This document shows positions 56,919 through 64,000 of a DNA stretch of 64,000 nucleotides, piece after piece. The DNA is from Candidatus Poribacteria bacterium (GTDB lineage Bacteria; Poribacteria; WGA-4E; WGA-3G). The translations under genes and the position numbers were made by a program. Under the pieces are notes generated by a model. The model was not told the origin of the DNA, searched no databases, and saw only the letters and a list, made by a program, of their open reading frames with translations. Positions within the stretch are counted from its first letter, which is position 1. Each line of letters opens with the position of its first letter. The stretch covers positions 2,272,001-2,336,000 of the forward strand of contig CAXXLX010000001.1 in the NCBI GenBank assembly GCA_963665235.2, read 5' to 3'.

Positions 56919-58868
56919 ATGAAGTTCGCAAAATACGTTTCCCTTTTAGGTGTCATGCTGTTCAGTTTTGTGCAGGTAGGGTGTTTTACCGGCAACGCGA
57001 CCCGCACCGCTGAGAAATTCGTTGAAGCGAAGGATTACCACAGGGCTGTTGAGGTTTACCAAAGTATCATTGATACCGAACCGGACAGCACAGAAGCCCG
57101 GAAAGCGCAACTCGCTATCGGTGAACTCTATGTCGAACAGATGAATCAACCGGCCGCAGGAATTAAAATGTATGAAGCACTTATTGCCAATGCACCGGAA
57201 AGCGAAGAGGCGGCTGAAGCACACTACGAACTCGGCATGCACTATTACCGTGAAAAGGATTTTGACAACGCACAAACCCAATTTGACTTAATTGTCAACC
57301 AATTTCCGAACTTAGAATTGAGCCATAAGGCGCAGCTGATGTTGGCAAAAAGCTATGAGGAGGCAAAAAACTTTGAAAAAGCTGTAGAAGTTTTCGATAA
57401 TTTTGCTCACCGTAATCCGCAAAGTCAACGTGCAGCGCAAGCCCTCGCGAACAAGGCAAGAATCCAGCGCGAACGTCTCAAAAATGAGGAGGACGCGAAA
57501 CGGACATATCAATTTATCGTGAAGAAATATGGCAAAAATGATGACGCAAAATCCGAGGTTGACAAGGCAAAGGAGCGGCTGCAAGACCTCAACGCTTCTA
57601 TACCTGAACCGGAAAACCCAGAGGCAACGCAGGAAGGCCGCGCTATGAAGAGACGCGAAGAGCGGAGGGAACTTAATAAACCCCGCAGCGGCGGTGAACG
57701 GAGCCCCGCCCTAGGCAAAACTGACGTGGCAGTAGAGGACTCCGGCTTCGGCGTTAGTCCAGAGCAGCTCATGCAACAATTTGGTGGAGAAAGCGGGGTC
57801 ACTACCGACGCGGAAGGCACCTATTATGACGCGGAACTGATGATTGCCAAATTTTTCTACGGCAATGAAGAATATCAGAAAGCAGGCGCGTTATTCTACG
57901 ATGGCATCGCACGCGCGAAAGCCGCAGGTGCAAAAATCGATCCGTATAACTACCTCAATCTCTCTATTTGCTACCGAAAACTCGGCATGCATAAACGCGC
58001 AAAAGAGGTACTCCGAAAAGCATCAAGCCGAGATGGACGCATCATCGTCGCTATTATTAACACCGGCCGGAACCAATATAGTGAGGCTACCAGCGAGGAA
58101 GACTATGAAAAAGCGATAGAAACCTACAGCTCTGTTATCGGATTCAACCGCAACAAGGACTCTGAACTCCATTGGTTAGTCGGGTTGGCGTATAAAAAAC
58201 TTGGGAACGTCGAAAAAGAGCGAGAATCTTTTGAGCGCGCTATCGCCGCGGATACCACGAATACCGATGCGTTGCAAAGTCTTGCTGAAGCCCTCAACGA
58301 ACGGGTCAAGGACCGGAAGGCTGCTGTCATTTTCAAGGACCTAATAGACCAGCGGGGAGATAACTATATCGGTTCAAAGACGCTTGGTGACCTCTGCTAT
58401 AAATATGGAAACTATGCACAGGCACGGGTTAAATACAATGCCGCCGCGAGAACCGCCAAACGACTCCTAGGAAAGGCGAAAAATAAAGCGGAGGAACGGG
58501 TGCTAACGAGTCAATACGTTTATGCCACTATCCGCACCGCACAAGCTGTTTACAAACTTGGACAGGAAGACGCTGCGCAAACCGCTGTTGACACCTTAGC
58601 GACGGAATACCCTGAACATGCGTTAATTCCTTACGGAAGAGGTGAACTCGCTGCCCTCAAAGGCGATGAAACCACAGCAATCGCCGCTTTCAAAGAAGCT
58701 ATTGAGAAAGATGTGAAGTCTGATATTCCGGTCATAGCCCTCGGCGATTTTTATCTCTCTCGAGGCTACAATGACGATGCAATCGCTTTGTGGGAAGGGT
58801 ACTTGGAGCAGAATAAGTATAACACTACAGTGCGGGCTCGCCTTAAAAAGCTAAAGAGCACGAACTGA
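56919..58868 (+). CDS. TPR lipoprotein (BamD/CpoB-like repeats)
   Basis: Lipobox QVGC; multiple TPR units; AAGGAG RBS. Confidence 0.82.
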   Translation: MKFAKYVSLLGVMLFSFVQVGCFTGNATRTAEKFVEAKDYHRAVEVYQSIIDTEPDSTEARKAQLAIGELYVEQMNQPAAGIKMYEALIANAPESEEAAEAHYELGMHYYREKDFDNAQTQFDLIVNQFPNLELSHKAQLMLAKSYEEAKNFEKAVEVFDNFAHRNPQSQRAAQALANKARIQRERLKNEEDAKRTYQFIVKKYGKNDDAKSEVDKAKERLQDLNASIPEPENPEATQEGRAMKRREERRELNKPRSGGERSPALGKTDVAVEDSGFGVSPEQLMQQFGGESGVTTDAEGTYYDAELMIAKFFYGNEEYQKAGALFYDGIARAKAAGAKIDPYNYLNLSICYRKLGMHKRAKEVLRKASSRDGRIIVAIINTGRNQYSEATSEEDYEKAIETYSSVIGFNRNKDSELHWLVGLAYKKLGNVEKERESFERAIAADTTNTDALQSLAEALNERVKDRKAAVIFKDLIDQRGDNYIGSKTLGDLCYKYGNYAQARVKYNAAARTAKRLLGKAKNKAEERVLTSQYVYATIRTAQAVYKLGQEDAAQTAVDTLATEYPEHALIPYGRGELAALKGDETTAIAAFKEAIEKDVKSDIPVIALGDFYLSRGYNDDAIALWEGYLEQNKYNTTVRARLKKLKSTN

Positions 58869-59000
58869 TAAGGACAACCCTGTTTGATACGTTTTCGGTT
58901 CTCGGTTATTCGGGAACTGAAAACGTTATCCGGGCTTCCGCAGCAGACTCCAACGTTTTCGTTTTGGGATTCGGGTACAGGGCAGTGGCTAAAAATAAAT

Positions 59001-59115
59001 TTGACTTTTGCTTATAAATGTGATATACTATATACATCTGCTACTTGAGAGGTGTAAACGTCAGCACCCTTGCTGACGCTCTCAACCGTTCTTTTACACG
59101 GATTGTGCAGATGTA
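59001..59115 (+). ncRNA. Putative structured small RNA with own sigma70 promoter
   Basis: TTGACT-17-TATACT with extended TG (59001-59029). Transcript 59033-59115 folds into closing stem TACATCTGC/GCAGATGTA plus two hairpins. Confidence 0.45.
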
Positions 59116-59165
59116 GCAAACCATGGACACTACCAAAAACGGAACGGACACTTTTTTGAAAAAAG

Positions 59166-59194
59166 TTGACATTTAGTGATTAGTTCGGTATAAT
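59166..59194 (+). promoter_or_regulatory. sigma70 promoter upstream of rho (long leader)
   Basis: TTGACA-17bp-TATAAT. Confidence 0.65.
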
Positions 59195-59815
59195 TTACGA
59201 TGGTATGGTTCAATCAGTGGAGTAAACAATTGATGCAAGCCTAAGGCGTTGTGCATTTGGGTGTGCAGAAAACTGCTTAAAATTCCTGCCAGCCACTATC
59301 ATACGGACTCCAAAAAACACCTCCAAATCCTGTTTTAATGAGATACGTGCCCTTCTGGTCCGTGTCGGGGGTGCCTGCTGACTTTTTAGTAGTATGCGGG
59401 ATACTGTGAAATCTACCCTACAATGTTTAAAACCTTCAGCAAATATCGTTTCTTTGCTGTGCTCACACCAGCATGAGAACCCGGTGTTTTATTCATATAT
59501 CAATGCCAGTTCCTGTGGTATTTTGCGGGGCTGTCAAATTCACGAGTCATTAATTGCCCTGTTACGTTCAAGCGTTGGCAGGAAATCGGACACACTTTGC
59601 TTTGTGATAAGGTGTTCTTAGCGTTGCGATGTTGGCGCAAGTAAAAAATACGAACAATTGCAGTTAGAAGAAATAAGCGCGTAGTTTTTTGCTATGTGTT
59701 TTCGGAGATAACCCTGCACTGCTGTTTATCAGTAGTGTTGCAAACCATGCGGACACAGATAAATATAGTTTTATCTATGAATGTATAGGTTAAATTTATC
59801 GGAGTATGAAAAGCT

Positions 59816-61165
59816 ATGGAGAGCTTGGACATAGGCACGCTCCAGGAAATGGAGATGTCGGACTTGATTACCCTGGCAGAGACCAGCGGTATAGAAGATG
59901 GCGGTGGACTTCCTAAAGATGAGCTGATTATGCGGATTCTTGAAGAAATCGCTGAACAAAATATACCCCTTTACGGAAAAGGCGTGTTGCAAATATTAGA
60001 TGACCGGGAGCAGAATTACGGATTCCTCCGGTCCCCCCGCTCTAATTATTTGCAGAGCAACGAAGACATTTATGTTTCCTCGTCACAAATCCGTTTGTTC
60101 GGATTACAGACCGGGCATGTCGTTGAAGGATTAGTTCGGCCCCCTAAGAAGTCAGAAAGCAAAACGGAGCGATACTTCGCCCTGTTACAGATTGAAAAAG
60201 TTAACGGTGAGCCGCCTCAAGAGGTCAAAATGCGAACCCCTTTCGACAATCTCAGGCCTGTCTACCCGTATGAACAACTCAAATTGGAACATAACCCATC
60301 TGAATTTGGCACGCGTATCATTGACCTGATGTCCCCCATCGGTAAAGGGCAGCGTGGATTAATTGTGGCACCGCCCTACAGTGGAAAAACAACCCTCCTA
60401 AAGAACATCGCGCACGGAATAGAAGCAAATCACCCTGAAGTTTCGCTTATCTTCCTGCTCATCGATGAACGCCCGGAGGAGGTCACTGATGTCACACGTT
60501 CCGTTAAAGGTGAGGTTATCAGTTCCACATTTGACGAGCACCCCGAACGGCATATACAGGTCGCTGACATGGCAATTGAGAAAGCGAAACGTTGGGTCGA
60601 GTGTGGAAAGGATGTCGTTATCTTATTGGATAGCATGACACGTCTCGCCAGAGCACACAATATGGTCGCACCTTCCACCGGAAAAACGTTGACCGGCGGG
60701 TTAGATGCGATGGCGTTTATCGAACCTCGCCAATTCTGTGGGGCTGCCCGAAAATTTGAGAACGGCGGGAGCTTAACAATTATTGCCTCTGTACTCGTTG
60801 ATACCGAAAGTCGTTCGGATACGTACATCTATGAAGAATTCAAAGGGACTGCCAACATGGAACTCCACATGGACCGTGCCTTGTTAGAGCAGCAGATCTT
60901 CCCGCCTATTAATATTGAAAAATCGAAGACGCGTCGGGAAGAACTCCTATTAGAACCGGACGTTCTTAACAAGGTTTGGGTACTACGGAAAGTCATCAAC
61001 CAAATGAGCTTATCCGATGCCATGGAACTCCTTATCAAGCAGTTCGGAAAGGCATCGACAAATGAGGAATTCCTTGAGCTTATGGCTGATGCCGGACAAG
61101 TGAGTGTTGCCCGGCCCCAGAAAACCAAAAGTCCCAGGCGGGAAACACGGCCTGTCGCGCCTTAG
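59816..61165 (+). CDS. rho: Transcription termination factor Rho
   Basis: YGFLR, DIYVSSSQI, PIGKGQRGLIVAPP..GKT, LIDERPEEVTD, EEFKGTANMELH. Confidence 0.97.
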   Translation: MESLDIGTLQEMEMSDLITLAETSGIEDGGGLPKDELIMRILEEIAEQNIPLYGKGVLQILDDREQNYGFLRSPRSNYLQSNEDIYVSSSQIRLFGLQTGHVVEGLVRPPKKSESKTERYFALLQIEKVNGEPPQEVKMRTPFDNLRPVYPYEQLKLEHNPSEFGTRIIDLMSPIGKGQRGLIVAPPYSGKTTLLKNIAHGIEANHPEVSLIFLLIDERPEEVTDVTRSVKGEVISSTFDEHPERHIQVADMAIEKAKRWVECGKDVVILLDSMTRLARAHNMVAPSTGKTLTGGLDAMAFIEPRQFCGAARKFENGGSLTIIASVLVDTESRSDTYIYEEFKGTANMELHMDRALLEQQIFPPINIEKSKTRREELLLEPDVLNKVWVLRKVINQMSLSDAMELLIKQFGKASTNEEFLELMADAGQVSVARPQKTKSPRRETRPVAP

Positions 61166-61312
61166 CGCATCCCGTGTGATTAAAAATAACCGAAGGAGTA
61201 ACCCCAGACCGAGGAGGCCTGCTACGGACCACCCCAACGTTGTCAAAACCCTATTAAAATAGGGAATGTTACGCCGGGGACACCTTCAAAACTAAATAGA
61301 GGAGTGATTTTT

Positions 61313-61525
61313 ATGAAATCTGAAATCCATCCAGAAACAACGGAGTGTACCATCACTTGTGCATGTGGTGCCACATATCAAACGATTGCGATTCAATCAA
61401 AGATGCGCGTTGACGTTTGTGCGAAGTGCCACCCGTTTTACACGGGACAACAAGCACGGTTTATTGATACTGCCGGGCGTGTTGAGAGTTTCCGCCGACG
61501 TTATGGAATAACCGAGACATCCTAG
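61313..61525 (+). CDS. rpmE: 50S ribosomal protein L31 (zinc-binding type)
   Basis: MKSEIHP, CACG...[19 protein letters not shown]. Confidence 0.96.
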   Translation: MKSEIHPETTECTITCACGATYQTIAIQSKMRVDVCAKCHPFYTGQQARFIDTAGRVESFRRRYGITETS

Positions 61526-61781
61526 GGGCTGTCCCCCAAAAAATTGTCCATGGAAACCATCGGTTATCAGTTATCAGTCTTCGGTTAAGAGGAAATTATA
61601 GGTTTCGGTTCATGTAAAAGGTGTGTGCAATTGTTTTAATAAACGCAATGGCCACGTGGGTTAAATTTCATTCGCACTCATTCTTTACATCAGCCTGTAG
61701 GTTTCTTTTAACTGAAAACCGAAGACTAATTTGATTATGCTAAAGCATTCTCCGAATGCCTACGACAAGAGCGGAAGTGAA

Positions 61782-62855
61782 ATGTTTGACAAACTCAACG
61801 ATATTCAAACGAAATATGCTGACATTGAAAACGCATTAGCAGACCCGGCACAAATTTCTAACCCACAGCGCCTGCAAGAACTCGCTAAATCGCATGCTGA
61901 ACTCACCCCAATTGTGACGGCTTACCGAACGTATCAGAAACTACAAACCGCAATTGAAGATACGCAGACGCTGCTAGATACTGAAACTGATGCCGAAATG
62001 CTGGAACTCGCCGAAGAAGAATTGAATAGTCTCGAATCTGAAATGGCACAACTGACTGAAACGTTGAAGATGCTTCTCATTCCGAAAGACCCGGACGATG
62101 AAAAAAACGTCATCATTGAAATTCGGGCAGGCACCGGGGGGGAAGAAGCCTCCCTGTTCGCTGCAGAAATATTTCGGATGTACACACGATACGCTGAACG
62201 CAAAGGCTGGAAATTTGAAACCCTCAGCGTAAATGTCACTGGGCTCAAAGGGGTCAAAGAGGTAATCTTTTCAATTGAAGGCAACAGCGCATATAGTCTC
62301 CTTAAATATGAAGGCGGCATTCATCGCGTCCAACGCGTACCAACAACCGAAACCAGCGGCAGAATTCATACTTCCGCTGTAACCGTAGCCGTCCTCCCTG
62401 AAGCGGAAGAAATTGATTTAGCGATTGATGAAGCCACGGAACTACGGATTGATACATACCGCTCTTCCGGACCCGGCGGGCAAAGTGTCAATACAACCGA
62501 CTCCGCAATCCGGATTACCCACATCCCCACAGGGTTAATTGTAACTTGCCAAGATGAAAAATCGCAGCACAAAAACCGCTCACGGGCAATGAAAATTCTA
62601 CGCGCTCGCCTCCAAGAGAAAAAACAGGCTGAATTGAACAGTGAACGCTCCGAAACGCGACGCTCCATGGTCGGCAGTGGCGACAGAAGCGAGAAAATTC
62701 GCACATATAACTTCCGAGAATCTCGCGTAACGGACCACCGAATCCGATTTACCTCTTATCAATTAGAGACTATTCTAGATGGAGACCTAGAGGACTTCAT
62801 TGAACGATTGAGAACAGCTGAACAGGCCGAAAAACTAAAAGCGAGTGACGTTTAG
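61782..62855 (+). CDS. prfA: Peptide chain release factor 1
   Basis: EIRAGTGGEEA, PTT (PxT) motif, GPGGQSVNTTDSA, GDRSEKIRTYNF. Confidence 0.96.
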   Translation: MFDKLNDIQTKYADIENALADPAQISNPQRLQELAKSHAELTPIVTAYRTYQKLQTAIEDTQTLLDTETDAEMLELAEEELNSLESEMAQLTETLKMLLIPKDPDDEKNVIIEIRAGTGGEEASLFAAEIFRMYTRYAERKGWKFETLSVNVTGLKGVKEVIFSIEGNSAYSLLKYEGGIHRVQRVPTTETSGRIHTSAVTVAVLPEAEEIDLAIDEATELRIDTYRSSGPGGQSVNTTDSAIRITHIPTGLIVTCQDEKSQHKNRSRAMKILRARLQEKKQAELNSERSETRRSMVGSGDRSEKIRTYNFRESRVTDHRIRFTSYQLETILDGDLEDFIERLRTAEQAEKLKASDV

Positions 62856-62900
62856 TGCGGCTTGTTACGGCATTCTTCGAATGCATACTACCAAAAAACT

Positions 62901-63770
62901 ATGGCTACTAAAATCTGGCACGTACTCGAACTCCTTGAATGGACAACGAGCTATTTTGATAAGTACAGCATTCCTAACCCGAGATTGGACGCAGAACTCC
63001 TGCTCGGACACCTGCTCGAAAAAACCCGTTTGCAACTCTACCTCCACTTCGATATGCCGGTCTTTCAGGAGCAGCTGACCGCCTTCCGGAACCTCATTAA
63101 AAAGCGAATTGCCCATACGCCGATTAGCTATCTCACTAATCACAAGGAGTTTATGTCCTTAGATTTCTATATCGATGAACGGGTGCTTGTCCCACGACCG
63201 GAAACTGAATTCCTTGTTGAGGCAATTTGCAAAATGGAGGTAGACGAACCGCAACGTTTACTAGAAATCGGGACCGGAAGCGGTATCATTGCGACAACCC
63301 TTGCCCTTCATGCACCGGACTGGGAAATCATCGCAACCGATATATCCAAGGAGGCACTCGCGGTTGCCCAGAAAAATAGAGATACACACGGTTGTACCGA
63401 ACGTATTACTCTCCTGCACGGTGACCTGTTTGAGCCGATTCAGCAACACAAATTATCCCGTTTTAATTGTGTCGTCTCCAATCCCCCCTATCTTATGAGC
63501 GGGGAAAACGACACCTTGGGGCCAGGGGTCCGAGAACACGAGCCGCACATTGCGCTCTTCGCCGGGGAAGATGGCCTTGATGTCATTCGCCGCCTCATTG
63601 CTGAAGCCCCGAACTACCTTCACTCCGGCGGGAAACTTATTTTTGAAATCGGGTACAGACAAGCGGAGGCTGTGGGACCTTTACTTAAGGCACACCCTTC
63701 GTATCAGAAACACCGGCTCATCAAAGATTACAGCGGCATAGAACGAATTGTCATCGCAACGGTTGCCTAA
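62901..63770 (+). CDS. prmC: Release factor glutamine methyltransferase
   Basis: VLVPRPETE, EIGTGSG, SNPPY. Confidence 0.95.
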   Translation: MATKIWHVLELLEWTTSYFDKYSIPNPRLDAELLLGHLLEKTRLQLYLHFDMPVFQEQLTAFRNLIKKRIAHTPISYLTNHKEFMSLDFYIDERVLVPRPETEFLVEAICKMEVDEPQRLLEIGTGSGIIATTLALHAPDWEIIATDISKEALAVAQKNRDTHGCTERITLLHGDLFEPIQQHKLSRFNCVVSNPPYLMSGENDTLGPGVREHEPHIALFAGEDGLDVIRRLIAEAPNYLHSGGKLIFEIGYRQAEAVGPLLKAHPSYQKHRLIKDYSGIERIVIATVA

Positions 63771-63820
63771 CGCGGAGAATTTGACAGGGAGTTATCGGTA
63801 CCGGCCTCCCTATTTTCACC

Positions 63821-64000
63821 TTAGTTCGCCTTAATGACCACAAGCGTTACGTCATCCGCCTGCGGCTCGCCGTTTGCCCAGGATGTGCACTCTGTGAAAA
63901 TATGGTTGATAATCACTTTCGGGGACCGATTTGCTACCGCTGCGAACAGTTCTTTCGTCTTTGGATAATCTAGCATTTCGTTCTCAGGGTTCAACATTTC
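63821..64000 (-). CDS. Partial (C-terminus) PP2C/SpoIIE-family phosphatase
   Basis: Minus strand reads EMLNPENEMLDY...GEPQADDVTLVVIKAN*. Confidence 0.75.
   Translation of the reverse strand, partial: EMLNPENEMLDYPKTKELFAAVANRSPKVIINHIFTECTSWANGEPQADDVTLVVIKAN

Noticed and set aside
59033-59115. tRNA gene
   Set aside because: No T-loop GTTC consensus, D-arm or CCA end; only three helices.
59394-59621. 75-aa ORF in the rho leader
   Set aside because: No RBS and atypical composition; not supportable.

Overview
Bacterial chromosomal segment (about 50% GC), most likely Candidatus Poribacteria. This is an inference from lineage-typical motifs: AAYWDG...TRKM(L/W)xxK FlgD-Ig/sorting-domain tails, a ...PxGK...WGxLK C-terminal motif, Uma2 nucleases, many TPR/HEAT proteins, a sulfatase and abundant intergenic REP/MITE repeats. 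Housekeeping genes: fumC, a stand-alone rpoB-rpoC pair, tkt, aroC, mnmA, miaA, an actinobacterial Sdh1-type sdhC/A/B, and rho-rpmE-prfA-prmC. The most unusual items are: (1) a 1897-aa RNA polymerase beta' whose trigger-loop insertion carries about 13 tandem, diverged copies of a ~40-aa module resembling beta''s own clamp segment, often with HPxC; (2) rifamycin-pocket substitutions in rpoB; (3) a 420-bp IS200/IS605-derived mini-element in codon 3 of sdhB that supplies a new promoter, RBS and start codon, with a tnpB-deleted sister element just downstream; (4) a split-CHAD + ROK kinase + VTC/CYTH-like putative polyphosphate module; (5) a sigma54 promoter with tandem UAS driving a secreted-protein gene frameshifted by a 5-nt duplication; (6) REP arrays with a nested MITE, and promoter-proximal three-way-junction RNAs. 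No CRISPR array, tRNA or rRNA was found. All calls were made by eye; no searches were run.
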